Below are positions 9,845 to 20,466 of a stretch of 64,000 nt of DNA, one piece after another. The position numbers and the translations under genes are program-made. Source of the stretch: Deltaproteobacteria bacterium. GTDB lineage: Bacteria > Desulfobacterota > Binatia > UBA1149 > CAYXZP01. The stretch is from positions 3,179 through 67,178 of the forward strand of contig JAYGCL010000077.1 in NCBI GenBank assembly GCA_046583365.1, given 5' to 3'. Each line of letters opens with the position of its first letter. Within the stretch, counting starts at the first letter, position 1. The notes under the pieces were generated by a model. That model saw only the letters and a program-made list of their open reading frames with translations. It did not search any database and was not told the DNA's origin.

Positions 9845-10309
9845 TTGGTAAATCAATGGACGATGCGCGGTATTATTGGTGCAGTACTGGCGGCCTCCCT
9901 GCTGGCGGCGGCCCCGGTCTCGGCGGATTCGATGCGCTATTTCAAGCTCGACACGCCCGAGTTCCGCGCCAGTGCCAAACTCGGCAAGCAGATGTTCGAC
10001 GCCTACCAGTGCGTGCTCTGCCACGCCACCGAGCCCGGACAGGCGCTTACCGACGATATCATCGCCCCCAACCTGATCCTGTCAAAAGATCGCCTGCGGC
10101 CCGAATGGATCGTCAAGTGGTTGGTGGACCCCCAGTCCCTGCAGCCCGGCACCAAGATGCCCAACTACTTCAGCTTTAACGAAGACGACGACTGGAACCC
10201 CATCTACTCGGACACCGATGCCCACATGCAGTACAAGATCGTCCTGGCCCTGCGCGATTATCTGATGATTCTGGGCACCGACCTCGAAGAAGAACTCGCC
10301 AACAACTAA
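9845..10309 (+). CDS. secreted c-type cytochrome
   Basis: Signal peptide (MRGIIGAVLAASLLAAAPVSA, alternative start 9863), haem-binding CVLCH motif and a distal KMP Met ligand region. Confidence 0.8.
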   Translation: MVNQWTMRGIIGAVLAASLLAAAPVSADSMRYFKLDTPEFRASAKLGKQMFDAYQCVLCHATEPGQALTDDIIAPNLILSKDRLRPEWIVKWLVDPQSLQPGTKMPNYFSFNEDDDWNPIYSDTDAHMQYKIVLALRDYLMILGTDLEEELANN

Positions 10310-10698
10310 GACTCCCGCTCGGCCACGGCCTCGGCCACGGCAATGCCGGCCGCATGCGATATCGACAGGTGAATACGCCCGGCCCCCATGGCGCGGGCAC
10401 GCTTGAGGGCCCGTCCACGAAGAACCACCGAGGGAAATCCAGAAGGCTCGCGTACAACCTCTATGTCCTGCCAGGCAAAGCCCCAGGGAGCCCCGCTGCC
10501 CAGGGCTTTCATGACAGCCTCCTTGGCGGCAAAGCGACCGGCAAAGCTCTCGGCCCGGCCGGCCCGCTGCCGGCAATACTCGCGCTCGCCCTCGGTAAAC
10601 ACGCGAATCCGGAAACGCTCCCCGGTTACGGGGTCGGCCAGAGCCCGGTCCATGCGGCTGACCTCGACGACATCTATGCCTATACCGAGGATGGCCAT
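10306..10698 (-). CDS. acpS: holo-[acyl-carrier-protein] synthase
   Basis: MAILGIGIDVVEVSRM...FAAKEAVMKALG. The start at the Met at 10698 coincides with the end of the upstream radical-SAM gene. Confidence 0.88.
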   Translation of the reverse strand: MAILGIGIDVVEVSRMDRALADPVTGERFRIRVFTEGEREYCRQRAGRAESFAGRFAAKEAVMKALGSGAPWGFAWQDIEVVREPSGFPSVVLRGRALKRARAMGAGRIHLSISHAAGIAVAEAVAERES

Positions 10699-12422
10699 CA
10701 GCAGGCCCCACAGCTGTGGCAGGTGGCCACATCGCAAGGCTCGGTCTCACGCTCGGCGATAGACCGGCGGCGTTCAAGCCAGAGGTAGTCACGGTCTATG
10801 TGGTGGTCGATGAAGTCCCAGGGAAACAGGGCATCGTGGGGGTACTCCTCGACCACAAAGGCATCGGGGTTGAGATCGACGGTTTCGTGCCGTCCCCTGC
10901 GCATTGCCTGGATTGGGGACCACCAGTCGGGACTGCGGGCCAGCACCTCTACTATCTCGGCCACACGGCGGTCGCCGCGCGACAGCAGGGTCTGAAGATA
11001 GGCCTCGCGGGGTGACTCGCTTTCCATCTCTACGTTGGCCAGCCGCCCCAGATGGCGGCGCAGCCAGGCCATCTTTTTGCGAGCCGTCGACACCGAGGCC
11101 ATAGCGTCCCACTGAAAGGGAGTCCAGGGCTTTGGCACGAAGGGATTTATCGAAACCTTTATCTTTCCCACCCGCCCGCGAGAACGACCGGCCCCAACCA
11201 TGCGGTCGCGGATACGCCCGGTAAGGTCACAGATACCTTCAAGGTCGCTCTCGTCCTCACCGGGCAGTGCGCACATGAAATACAGCTTGAGCGACTCGAC
11301 CCCATCCCCGACCATAAGGTCGGTGGCCCGCAGGATTTCCGCCTCGCTTAAGTTCTTGTTTATCACCCTGCGCATACGCTCGGAGCCGGCCTCGGGGGCT
11401 ATGGTGACCTGGCGGGTACCACCGGCCGCCACCGCCTTTGCCAGGCGCGGGCTTATCATGTCGGCCTTGAGTGAGGATGGGGAAACCCGGCCCCCGGCCT
11501 CGGCCACAGCCGCACAGGTAGAGGCCACGCCGGGATGGCTGGCCATTTCGGCACCCACCAGACCGATCTTGGAACTCTCGGCCAGGCCGGCCAGGGCATC
11601 GCGGGTAAGCCCTTCGGCGCTGCGATGGCGTACCGGCCGGTACATGAAACCGGCCGCACAAAAACGACAGCCCCACTCGCAACCACGGCTGGCCTCGACA
11701 AGGTACTGGTCACCGAAAACCGCCTCCGGGCTTACTACCGCGGTGTGCACCGGGTAGCGGTCTAGGTCGCTCAGGTAGCGGCGGTTGACCCTGGCCGGCC
11801 CCTGCCCCAGCCGCCGGAACTCGGTGAGAGCGCCGTTGCCGGCATAAAACGGTTGGTAGAGGTCGGGGCGGTAGGCCCCTTCTACGGCCGACAGGCGCTC
11901 AAGCATGTCGCCGTGGCCCAGACCCGCCCAGCCCTGGGCACCCTCGAAAGCCTCGGGCAGCATCTCTTCGGCCTCACCGATGAGGAACAGGTCGAAGAAG
12001 GGGGCCACCGGCTCGGGGTTGAGAAAGGTCGCCGGCCCACCTGCCATCAGCAGGGGCCAGGCACGCGAGGAATCCTCGCGGTCGGCCCTACGCGCCGGAA
12101 TGCCGGACGCATCGAGCATGCGAACGATGTTGGGGTAGTCGCTTTCGAAAGAAAGCGAAAAAGCCAGGATATCAAAATCGCCCGGGCTGCGGCCCGACTC
12201 CAGTGTGGCCGGTGGCCGGCTCGGGTCGAGGAAGAGCCGTTCGCAGACAACCCCGGGAGTGGTCGCCAGCATGCGAAAGACCGCCTGGTAGCCGAGGTTG
12301 CCCATGGCCACCTCGTAGGTGTTGGGATAGGCCAGACAAACCGACACACTGCCGTGGGAATTGGGTGTAAAAAGGAACTTCTCGCCGCGCTTGTTCAAAC
12401 CAACTGGCGAGTATAGCCGCAC
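10698..12422 (-). CDS. B12-binding-domain radical SAM protein (uncharacterised family)
   Basis: CEWGCRFCAAG (CxxxCxxC) cluster motif, with N-terminal LAYPNTYEVAMGNLGYQ typical of this family. The start is uncertain: GTG 12422 is proposed because the track ORF start (12662) would overlap ftsZ and cross its terminator. Confidence 0.78.
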   Translation of the reverse strand: MRLYSPVGLNKRGEKFLFTPNSHGSVSVCLAYPNTYEVAMGNLGYQAVFRMLATTPGVVCERLFLDPSRPPATLESGRSPGDFDILAFSLSFESDYPNIVRMLDASGIPARRADREDSSRAWPLLMAGGPATFLNPEPVAPFFDLFLIGEAEEMLPEAFEGAQGWAGLGHGDMLERLSAVEGAYRPDLYQPFYAGNGALTEFRRLGQGPARVNRRYLSDLDRYPVHTAVVSPEAVFGDQYLVEASRGCEWGCRFCAAGFMYRPVRHRSAEGLTRDALAGLAESSKIGLVGAEMASHPGVASTCAAVAEAGGRVSPSSLKADMISPRLAKAVAAGGTRQVTIAPEAGSERMRRVINKNLSEAEILRATDLMVGDGVESLKLYFMCALPGEDESDLEGICDLTGRIRDRMVGAGRSRGRVGKIKVSINPFVPKPWTPFQWDAMASVSTARKKMAWLRRHLGRLANVEMESESPREAYLQTLLSRGDRRVAEIVEVLARSPDWWSPIQAMRRGRHETVDLNPDAFVVEEYPHDALFPWDFIDHHIDRDYLWLERRRSIAERETEPCDVATCHSCGAC

Positions 12423-12444
12423 ACGACCGTTACTCAAAAGCCAC

Positions 12445-12482
12445 AAAAAAAGGCGGCCCCCCGGAGGAGGACCGCCTTTTTT
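12445..12482 (-). terminator. Rho-independent (bidirectional-looking) terminator after ftsZ
   Basis: GC-rich hairpin 12452..12476 (GGCGGTCCTCC/GGGGGGCCGCC on the minus strand), flanked by A7 and T6 runs, about 30 nt after the ftsZ stop. Confidence 0.6.
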
Positions 12483-12513
12483 GCTGACCCACGGAGTTGT
12501 GGGCCGGTCTACC

Positions 12514-13725
12514 TCAGGAACGCATCCGCGAGGCCCGCTCGCGCCAGCGGCGTATGTAGGCAGGAATGTCCACGGAACCCTTCGAATCCGCGTCTGGAAC
12601 CTGCTCAAAGGCCAGCTCTTCCTGATCGATACCGCCAGCCATCGGATCGTCGATGGAATCATCCATCAACGCCACCCGGCGGGCCCGGGAACTACGCGCA
12701 GAGTCCATCGACACCACACGGTCATCGTCACGGCGGCCATCGCTTACGCGATCACCGAAACCGGTAGCGATCACGGTCACGCGTACTTCGTCTTCGAGGT
12801 CCTCGTTGTGAACCAGACCAACGATGATGTTGGCATCGTCGTGGGCCTGATCCTGTATGAGCTCGACCGCCTCGTTCATTTCCTGGATACCGAAGTCCTT
12901 GCATGCGGTTATGTTGACCAGCACGCCGCGGGCGCCTCCGATTGAGACGTCTTCGAGAAGCGGACTGGATATCGCCGACATCGCCGCATCCACGGCTCGG
13001 CTGTCGCCGCTGCCGAACCCGGCTCCCATCATCGCCATGCCCATCTCGGCCATGATCGTACGTACGTCGGCAAAGTCGACGTTGATCAGACCCGGCTGGG
13101 TGATGATTTCCGAAATGCCGCGAACGGCGTGGAGCAGAACGTCGTCGGCCTCTTCAAAGGCGTCCATGGCCGTAGTCGTGCGCCCCGATACCTCGATCAA
13201 ACGCTGATTGGGTATGACGATGAGCGTATCGACGGCCGCGCGCAGTTCGTGGATGCCCTCTTCGGCCACACGACAACGCTTACGCCCCTCGAAGGAAAAA
13301 GGCTTTGTCACCACCCCAACAGTCAGAGCGCCAAGGTCTTTTGCAATACGGGCAATAACCGGGGCACCGCCGGTGCCGGTACCGCCGCCCATGCCGGCCG
13401 TCACAAACACCATGTCGGAATCAACCAACTCTTCCCGAATCATCTCTTCCTGCTCAAGAGCGGCCTTACGGCCGATATCGGGGTTGGCCCCGGCGCCCAG
13501 CCCTTTGGTGAGCTTGTCGCCGAGCTGTATCTTTGTAGGCGCGACGTTGACGGACAGGGCCTGGGAGTCCGTGTTGGCCGCGACAAAATCGACGCCGTCC
13601 AGGTCGGCACGGATCATCGTACTGACAGCGTTTCCACCACCACCACCGACACCAACTACTACTATGCGGGCGCTATCTTCGCCCCGGTTTACCAGTTCAA
13701 TCATCTCCACACCTCCTCCACACAA
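12514..13725 (-). CDS. ftsZ: cell division protein FtsZ
   Basis: [22 protein letters not shown] tubulin signature, C-terminal DIPAYIRR peptide. Alternative start at Met 13704. Confidence 0.97.
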   Translation of the reverse strand: MCGGGVEMIELVNRGEDSARIVVVGVGGGGGNAVSTMIRADLDGVDFVAANTDSQALSVNVAPTKIQLGDKLTKGLGAGANPDIGRKAALEQEEMIREELVDSDMVFVTAGMGGGTGTGGAPVIARIAKDLGALTVGVVTKPFSFEGRKRCRVAEEGIHELRAAVDTLIVIPNQRLIEVSGRTTTAMDAFEEADDVLLHAVRGISEIITQPGLINVDFADVRTIMAEMGMAMMGAGFGSGDSRAVDAAMSAISSPLLEDVSIGGARGVLVNITACKDFGIQEMNEAVELIQDQAHDDANIIVGLVHNEDLEDEVRVTVIATGFGDRVSDGRRDDDRVVSMDSARSSRARRVALMDDSIDDPMAGGIDQEELAFEQVPDADSKGSVDIPAYIRRWRERASRMRS

Positions 13726-13770
13726 CCACGAAGACTAAAGTTTAGCCTCTCGCGGCCCTGATTGCGACAG

Positions 13771-14991
13771 TCAAAACAACTCACTCATACGCTTGCGCAG
13801 CCACTGGGGCACAATTTGATCGCCAACCCAGGCCGGCCAACCCCGGCTGAGGTCCTCAGTTCTAAGGCCACGTGCAAGGCCGACAGCCGTCGACCATGTA
13901 GGATCATCCACCTCATCGGAAAGACCGACCACCGCGCGGGGCTCGCCCAGCCTTACCGGCCGCCCGAGTACCGCGGATGCCACATCCACCACCCCCGGCA
14001 TCATCGCAGAGCCGCCAGTCAACACAACTCCGGATGTGAGCAACTCGCCGTAGCCGGAACGGATGATCTCGTCGAGCACCGATTCGAAGATTTCTTCCAT
14101 GCGGGAAGCGATAATATCGGCCACCAGACGGCGACTCACCATTCTGGGCACCCGCCCCCCGACGCCCAGCACCTCGACGCTGGAATTGTGCTCGAGGGCC
14201 TCGGGGCAAGCCACCCCGTCCTGCTTTTTGATGCGCTCGGCATCCGCCATGGTGGTTTCCAGACACCGTGACAGGTCGCTGGTCACGATAGCCCCGGCTG
14301 TCGTTAATACGCTTGAGTAGACCACCGCCGAGCCGCTGTATATGGCCAGGTCTACCGTGCCTGCACCAAAGTCTACCACCGCCACGCCGAGTTCCTTCTC
14401 CTCGGGCTCAAGCACGGCCTCGGCCGAAGCCAGAGAGGACGATACCACCCCGGCCACACTGAGACCGGCCCGGTTGCAGCACTTTCTCAAGTTGCCGACC
14501 ACCGAATCACAGGCCGAGACCACGTGCAGGTGGGCCTCCATGCGGATGCCGTTCATGCCCACCGGTTCGCTGATGCCACCCTGGCCGTCGACCACGTATT
14601 CGCGGCAGATAAGGTGGAGGATGCTGTGGTCGGCCGGCAGCGGCAAGGCCTGGGCCGTCTCAACTGCACGGCGGGCCACGCGCGGAGAAACTTCACCGTT
14701 GTCTATGGGGACCACGCCGTGAGAGTTCTGGCCGCGGACGTGGTCGCCAGAGACCGAAACCGTAACCTGGTTGATCTGGCACCCGGCCATCAACTCGGCC
14801 TCGGCCAGGGCAACACCGATGGCCTCGGTGGTGCGCTGCACGTCCGATAACCGTCCGGCCCTCATGCCGCGGGACACGGCCGTCCCAACCCCCAGGATCT
14901 CAAGTCCCGCGGGCGATTCTTCGGCAATTACGATTGCGGTCTTGTGGGTTCCGATATCGAGACCGGCCAGGATCGAACGTTTCTTAGCCAC
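13771..14991 (-). CDS. ftsA: cell division protein FtsA
   Basis: 406-aa actin-like ATPase (LDIGTHKTAIVIAE, VVDFGAGTVDLAIY), located directly upstream of ftsZ. Confidence 0.95.
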   Translation of the reverse strand: MAKKRSILAGLDIGTHKTAIVIAEESPAGLEILGVGTAVSRGMRAGRLSDVQRTTEAIGVALAEAELMAGCQINQVTVSVSGDHVRGQNSHGVVPIDNGEVSPRVARRAVETAQALPLPADHSILHLICREYVVDGQGGISEPVGMNGIRMEAHLHVVSACDSVVGNLRKCCNRAGLSVAGVVSSSLASAEAVLEPEEKELGVAVVDFGAGTVDLAIYSGSAVVYSSVLTTAGAIVTSDLSRCLETTMADAERIKKQDGVACPEALEHNSSVEVLGVGGRVPRMVSRRLVADIIASRMEEIFESVLDEIIRSGYGELLTSGVVLTGGSAMMPGVVDVASAVLGRPVRLGEPRAVVGLSDEVDDPTWSTAVGLARGLRTEDLSRGWPAWVGDQIVPQWLRKRMSELF

Positions 14992-15883
14992 GTCCGCTTG
15001 TCCCTCGTAGCCGTTGAGGGGCAGTCCTGCCAGCCGCCGACAGTACGGTGGTAAAACGCCCCCGACGGGTCCTTACGACCGCCCGGCCGGGGTAGGAAAG
15101 GTCTATCTCTCGTACCCCTGCCAGAGCCCCCTCGTCGAGACTTTCAATAACAACCAGCAAGCGGCCAACGGATTCGTCGGCATCAAATCTGCGGCCAAAG
15201 GAGACCAGCAAGCGGGGAGACTCGGGGAACAGGCGCACAGCGCCGTCTGCGTCCACGTCCACCTGCGAGACCCGCAGTCCACCACGTTCGGCCGCCAGGG
15301 CCACGGCCAGAGCAGTCCTGAGCCTCAACACCCTGGCACCGTGCCCCGCAGCAGGAGTGTCCCACCCGCTCAGATAGGGAAGGTCGGGCCTCGACCGCTC
15401 TTCCCCGCGGTAGACCACCCCGCCGGCGTCAACCGAGTATAAACGGCCAGCGACCACGGTGGCGGCCACGGCCCGGCGCCCGCTGATGGTGACCTCGACC
15501 CGGTCGGGAAAATGCCGGCGTACCGAGGCACGCGAGACCCAGGAGGGGGCGGCAAGAACGGCCTCGGCCGCTTTGACGTCCACATCCCATATGCTTGTGC
15601 CACCGTAGAGGCCGGCCCTGCGGGCCACTTCGGCCGGTGCCAGGGCTGCACCGTCACTGACCACACGGATGGAGCGCAGCTCAAAGTAACCGTGGGAAAC
15701 AAGGGCCGGACGGACATAGGCAAGGGCGACATGGACAATGCCCGCCGCGGCCGACATCACCACGGCAGTCGTAATGGCGCTTTTGAGCCAGCCCCCGGCC
15801 GACCCGCGTAGTCTCCTCAGAAAAGGCCTAAGTCTCATCCCACGCCCCGATAAGCCGTACCTCTGGCTCCAGCCAGACACCAC
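14984..15883 (-). CDS. ftsQ: cell division protein FtsQ
   Basis: Single TM segment plus a POTRA-like region (FELRSIRVVSDG). Lies between murB and ftsA. The true start is probably downstream of 15883 because the ORF overlaps murB by 56 nt. Confidence 0.72.
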   Translation of the reverse strand: MVSGWSQRYGLSGRGMRLRPFLRRLRGSAGGWLKSAITTAVVMSAAAGIVHVALAYVRPALVSHGYFELRSIRVVSDGAALAPAEVARRAGLYGGTSIWDVDVKAAEAVLAAPSWVSRASVRRHFPDRVEVTISGRRAVAATVVAGRLYSVDAGGVVYRGEERSRPDLPYLSGWDTPAAGHGARVLRLRTALAVALAAERGGLRVSQVDVDADGAVRLFPESPRLLVSFGRRFDADESVGRLLVVIESLDEGALAGVREIDLSYPGRAVVRTRRGRFTTVLSAAGRTAPQRLRGTSGRG

Positions 15884-16787
15884 ACTTCTTCCACACCGCC
15901 TCTTGTACTAAACTCATCAGGTCGCGTACTTCACAGGCCCTGGCCCCACCGAGATTTACGATAAAATTCGCGTGCTCGGGTGAAACCTGGGCGTCTCCAA
16001 CGCTCAGACCCTTCAGGCCAGCCCTTTCTATAAGCCGGCCCGCAAACTCGCCATGGGGATTTTTGAAGACGGAACCGGCATTGGGTAAGCCGCCGGGCTG
16101 CTTCGTCTTGCGCTTCGCCTGAACCCTTTCTACAGCCGCCTTCAGTCTCCCCAACGGCGAGCGCACTAGCCTGAACCTGACAGAGATTATCATGACATCG
16201 GCCCCGAGTGCCAATTTACGGTAAGAAAAGGGCAGGCGGGACCGGTCCATATCGACGATTTCGCCGCCGCGGGTGCAGACCTGAACCGCCTCTATGGCGT
16301 CACCGATCTCACCCCCGAAAGCACCAGCATTCATCAGGGTGCCGCCGCCCACCGAACCGGGAATGCCGGCCGCAAACTCAAGCCCGCCAAGCCCCTTTTG
16401 CACACTCTCACGCACCAGACGGGCAAGCCGGACGGCCGCGCCGGCCTCAACCACGACGGCCCCGGCCTCGTCCGCCTGGCCCCAACGGGTGTAGTTGAAA
16501 GCCTTTCCAAACCTCACCACCAGACCCCTGACGCCGCCATCGGCCACCAGCACGTTGGTGCCGCCGCCAAGCATGGTGACGGGGATATCCAGGCGGTCGG
16601 CCTGCTCCAGGGCCCGCGACAGCACCTGGGGGGAAGAGGGCTCAAGGAGCAGGTCGGCAGGGCCACCGATGCGAAAAGACGTATACGAATCCAGCGCGGC
16701 GTCGGTTTTCAGGCCATCGCCGGCAAAGGCCGAAATAAGCGAGCGGGCCTCGTCCAGGCGCCGCGCAACTGGAGTGGTTTCAGACAC
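15828..16787 (-). CDS. murB: UDP-N-acetylenolpyruvoylglucosamine reductase
   Basis: FRIGGPADLLLEP, GGGTNVLV, and the C-terminal MurB domain (NAGSVFKNP...SPEHANFIVN). Confidence 0.93.
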   Translation of the reverse strand: MSETTPVARRLDEARSLISAFAGDGLKTDAALDSYTSFRIGGPADLLLEPSSPQVLSRALEQADRLDIPVTMLGGGTNVLVADGGVRGLVVRFGKAFNYTRWGQADEAGAVVVEAGAAVRLARLVRESVQKGLGGLEFAAGIPGSVGGGTLMNAGAFGGEIGDAIEAVQVCTRGGEIVDMDRSRLPFSYRKLALGADVMIISVRFRLVRSPLGRLKAAVERVQAKRKTKQPGGLPNAGSVFKNPHGEFAGRLIERAGLKGLSVGDAQVSPEHANFIVNLGGARACEVRDLMSLVQEAVWKKCGVWLEPEVRLIGAWDET

Positions 16788-16811
16788 GGCGTAAGGCTGT
16801 CGGCCGTGGGC

Positions 16812-18263
16812 CTAGGAAGCCGCCAGGCGCCGCAGTATCTCCGCCCCCAGCCTGGTTATATCGCCGGCGCCCAGGGTGATCACCACGTCCCCACGGCGGG
16901 CCAGACGGGCGACCTCGGCGGCCAGAGCCGGTCCGGCCTCACGGTAGTGAACGGTACCCGAGTGGCAACGGTCTATGGCCTCGGCCAGAGCCTTCGCTTG
17001 AGCACCCTCGATAGGGGCCTCGCCGGCGGCGTACACATCGGTCACCACCACCTCGTCGGCGTCTGCAAAAGCCCGGCTGAAATCATCAAACAGATCGGCC
17101 GTGCGCGTGTAGCGGTGGGGCTGAAAGACGGCCACAATGCGGCGGCCCAAGCCGATACGGGCAGCGGCCAGGGTGGCCCTTATCTCGGTGGGGTGGTGGC
17201 CGTAGTCGTCAACCACCATCACCCCGCCGCTCTCGCCTTTGACCTCAAAGCGACGCAGGATTCCTTCGAAAGAGGCAAGAGCCCCGGCACAGACCTCAAA
17301 GCTCATGCCAAACTCCAGGCCCACGGCAATGGCGGCCAGGGCGTTGAGTACGGAATGCCGGCCCGGCATCGGCACCGTGGCCCGGCCAAGCCGCCGGCCC
17401 TCTCTTATCACATCGAAGGAGGTCTCAAGGCCTTGCTGTTCCACGTCCACAGCCCTCAGCCCGGCATCAGCCGTGGTCCCGTAGGTTGTGTAGCGCTTCT
17501 TGATCTTGTCGATAATCGAACACACGCGCTCACAGTCGGTCGACAATACGGCACGGCCATAAAAGGGGATGCCGTTGACAAAGGACACGTAAGCATCGGT
17601 GAGGCGCTGCATGGTGCCGTAGTAGTCCATATGCTCACGGTCGATATTGGTGACCACGGCAATGGAGGGCCGCAGGAGAAGGAAACTACCGTCGCTCTCG
17701 TCGGCCTCGGCCACCATGTAAGCCGAACGCCCCAGCCTGGCATTGGTCCCGCCCAGTGATTTCAGCCGCCCGCCGACCACCATGGTGGGATCAAAGCCAC
17801 CGGCAGCCAACACCGAAGAGAGCAGAAAAGTCGTCGTGGTCTTGCCATGGGCGCCGGCCACGGCAACCCCACACTTGGTACGCATCAACTCGGCCAGCAT
17901 CTCGGCCCTGGGAATAACGGGGATATGAAGCTCACGGGCTCTGCCGACCTCGGGGTTGCCATCGCCGATGGCCGAGGAAACGACCACCACATCGATGCCG
18001 CTTTCAACCGCTTCGGCCGCATGGCCGTAGCACAAAACCGCGCCCAATCCGGCCAGGCGGCGGGTGGCCTCACTCTCGTGCAGGTCTGAGCCGCTGACGC
18101 TGTAGCCCAGAGTCAGCAGTACTTCGGCGATGCCGCTCATGCCGATGCCACCAATACCGACCAGATGTATGCGACCGCCGGCCGCCGAAGCTACCTGCCC
18201 GGAGGCGGGGCCACCCAGTTGACTCCAGCCAGGCTGCAACCAGTCTTGGAATTGTTCGGACAT
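16812..18263 (-). CDS. murC: UDP-N-acetylmuramate--L-alanine ligase
   Basis: IHLVGIGGIGMSGIAEVL, VAGAHGKTTTT, DDYGHHPTEI. Confidence 0.95.
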   Translation of the reverse strand: MSEQFQDWLQPGWSQLGGPASGQVASAAGGRIHLVGIGGIGMSGIAEVLLTLGYSVSGSDLHESEATRRLAGLGAVLCYGHAAEAVESGIDVVVVSSAIGDGNPEVGRARELHIPVIPRAEMLAELMRTKCGVAVAGAHGKTTTTFLLSSVLAAGGFDPTMVVGGRLKSLGGTNARLGRSAYMVAEADESDGSFLLLRPSIAVVTNIDREHMDYYGTMQRLTDAYVSFVNGIPFYGRAVLSTDCERVCSIIDKIKKRYTTYGTTADAGLRAVDVEQQGLETSFDVIREGRRLGRATVPMPGRHSVLNALAAIAVGLEFGMSFEVCAGALASFEGILRRFEVKGESGGVMVVDDYGHHPTEIRATLAAARIGLGRRIVAVFQPHRYTRTADLFDDFSRAFADADEVVVTDVYAAGEAPIEGAQAKALAEAIDRCHSGTVHYREAGPALAAEVARLARRGDVVITLGAGDITRLGAEILRRLAAS

Positions 18264-19333
18264 CAGACGTCTTTCACCACCGAGGCCACCACTTCGGCTA
18301 CCCTGGCAACAGCGCCGGGGCGACTTATAGCCGAGGAGGCCCGGACCATGGAGTCTAGCCTGTCGGGGTCGCCGAGCAACCCGGCCAGTTCGCGCTCAAG
18401 GGTCTCGGCCGCTTCCTCATCGTCTTTGACCACCAGGGCGGCGCCGGCCTTGAGCAAGGCTGCAGCGTTATCGCTCTGGTGGGCCGAGGCGGCATGGGGA
18501 TAGGGAAGCAGGATGGCCGGCGTGGCGGTTGCGGTCAGTTCAGCCACGCTGGTTGCCCCCGCCCTGCACACGGCAAGACGGGCACGGCGGTAGGCCGAGG
18601 CCATGTCGTCGATAAAGGCGACCACCTCGGCCTCGACACCGGCATTGCGGTATGCCTCGCCCACCTCCCGACAAGCCGCAGCGCCGGCCTGGTGAAGAAT
18701 ACGGGCGGGCCTGAGTGAGGCCGGCAGGCGACCGAGCGCGGTGGTGACGGCACGGTTCAAGCTTTGGGCCCCGCTGCTGCCGCCAAACACCAGCAGGGTG
18801 TCGCGGGGCCGGTCGGGCCTGAGACCATCGATCTCAGCGCCCACGGGGTTGCCGGTAAACACGGCCTTGCCGGCGGCAAAGTGGGACGCGGTAGCCGCAA
18901 AACTCGTACACACGGCAAAGGCCCCACGGGCGAGAAGACGGTTGGCCAGACCCGGGCTCAGGTTCTGTTCGAGCAATACCACCGGGACCCCACAGCTACG
19001 GGCCGCCACCACAGCCGCGGCCGAAGCGTAGCCGCCCAGGCCCACCACCACATCCACACGCTGGCGGCGGAGCTCGCGCCTGGCGGCAAAAACCGCACGC
19101 GACAGAACGGCCAGCGAGCCGGCCGCGGCCAACGGGTTGCGCCCACGCAGGGGTTCCAGTGGCTGGGCTATCAGCCGGTAACCGGCCGCCGGTACCAGAC
19201 GGGCCTCAATCCCACGCTGGGCGCCGAAGAATACCAGGGACCCGGCAATCCCTCTGTCACGGAGATAGGCGGCCAGCGCCAGTCCGGGAAACAGATGCCC
19301 CCCGGTCCCACCGCCGGCAAGGGCCACTCTCAC
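18263..19333 (-). CDS. murG: undecaprenyldiphospho-muramoylpentapeptide beta-N-acetylglucosaminyltransferase
   Basis: ALAGGGTGGHLFPGLALA N-terminus, GT28 layout. Confidence 0.95.
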   Translation of the reverse strand: MRVALAGGGTGGHLFPGLALAAYLRDRGIAGSLVFFGAQRGIEARLVPAAGYRLIAQPLEPLRGRNPLAAAGSLAVLSRAVFAARRELRRQRVDVVVGLGGYASAAAVVAARSCGVPVVLLEQNLSPGLANRLLARGAFAVCTSFAATASHFAAGKAVFTGNPVGAEIDGLRPDRPRDTLLVFGGSSGAQSLNRAVTTALGRLPASLRPARILHQAGAAACREVGEAYRNAGVEAEVVAFIDDMASAYRRARLAVCRAGATSVAELTATATPAILLPYPHAASAHQSDNAAALLKAGAALVVKDDEEAAETLERELAGLLGDPDRLDSMVRASSAISRPGAVARVAEVVASVVKDV

Positions 19334-20466
19334 CGCTCACGCAACTCCCGCGAAAGCGACATCAGCATACCCACCGCCGCCATGAACACGAGCATGGCCG
19401 AGCCTCCGTAACTCACAAACGGAAGCACCAGGCCCTTGGTAGGCAACAGACCCAACACCACGCCCATGTTGATCAGGGCCTGTAGAGATATGAGCAGGGT
19501 GAGGCCGGCAGCCAGCATCTGTCCGAACATGTCGGGGTGGAGGTGGGCCACACGAAAGCCCCGGTAGGCCAGGGTCGCAAAGCACAAGAGAAGAACCATG
19601 GCACCGATGAAGCCGGCTTCCTCGCCGATCACCGAAAAGACAAAGTCGGTGTGGGCCTCGGGGAGCAGACCGGTTTTCATCTGAGAAGAGCCGAGCCCGG
19701 TGCCGCTCAGTTGGCCGGACCCGAAGGTGTTGTAGGACTGCCGGATCTGATAGCAGGCATCGCCGGGATCTTTGGAGGGATCGATAAAACAGAGCAGCCT
19801 GCTCAAACGGTAGGGGGCATGCCTGACGGCCGCCGCCACGGCTCCGCACATGAGAAGGCCAAGTCCACCCAGTTGCAGAAATGGTACGCCGGCCAGAAAC
19901 ATGAGAACCACACCAAGAATTCCTATGAGAGCTGCAGTGCCGAAATCGGGCTGCAGCAGCAGAACCGAACAAACCACCGCCATCACGACCAGGGTGGGGG
20001 CAATACCGAAGCGCCAGTCGCCGAGTTTGTCACTCTTGCGCGTAAGGGCGGCCGCCAGATAGACGACAAAGACCAGCTTTAAAACCTCGCCGGGCTGCAG
20101 GTTAAGCGGCCCCAGGGAAATCCAGCGGCAGGCCCCTTTGGTACACACCCCGAGGCCCGGCAGCAGCGGCACGACCAGGAGCAGCGCCGCGATGACCAGG
20201 GCCGGCCTTGCCCAGCGCTGTATCAGGTCGGAGCGAACCCGCGACAGCAGCCACATCAGCACGACACCGAGCAGCACCGAAATACCGTGCTTGGTAACCA
20301 TGCGGTAGCTGTCGCCAAAACGGTTCTGGGACAGAAAGTAGGTGGTATCAAGGACCAGCAGCAGACCCGTCAGTACCAACGCAACCGTGATGATCACGAT
20401 CCAGGGGTCGGAGCGGTCGGAAGCGCGCACCCTCAAGCGCGGCGACATCTGTACCTGGCCCTTCAC
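19330..20466 (-). CDS. ftsW: SEDS-family cell division protein FtsW
   Basis: 378-aa polytopic membrane protein (LQPGEVLKL, PEAHTDFVFSVIGEE), in dcw context. Confidence 0.92.
   Translation of the reverse strand: MKGQVQMSPRLRVRASDRSDPWIVIITVALVLTGLLLVLDTTYFLSQNRFGDSYRMVTKHGISVLLGVVLMWLLSRVRSDLIQRWARPALVIAALLLVVPLLPGLGVCTKGACRWISLGPLNLQPGEVLKLVFVVYLAAALTRKSDKLGDWRFGIAPTLVVMAVVCSVLLLQPDFGTAALIGILGVVLMFLAGVPFLQLGGLGLLMCGAVAAAVRHAPYRLSRLLCFIDPSKDPGDACYQIRQSYNTFGSGQLSGTGLGSSQMKTGLLPEAHTDFVFSVIGEEAGFIGAMVLLLCFATLAYRGFRVAHLHPDMFGQMLAAGLTLLISLQALINMGVVLGLLPTKGLVLPFVSYGGSAMLVFMAAVGMLMSLSRELRER

Noticed and set aside
12423-12662. N-terminal 80 aa of the radical-SAM track ORF
   Set aside because: It would overlap the ftsZ C-terminus and read through the ftsZ terminator hairpin. 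No family similarity in this part.
16398-17759. 453-aa plus-strand ORF
   Set aside because: Antisense to murC and murB. Low-complexity Gly/His/Arg-rich translation.
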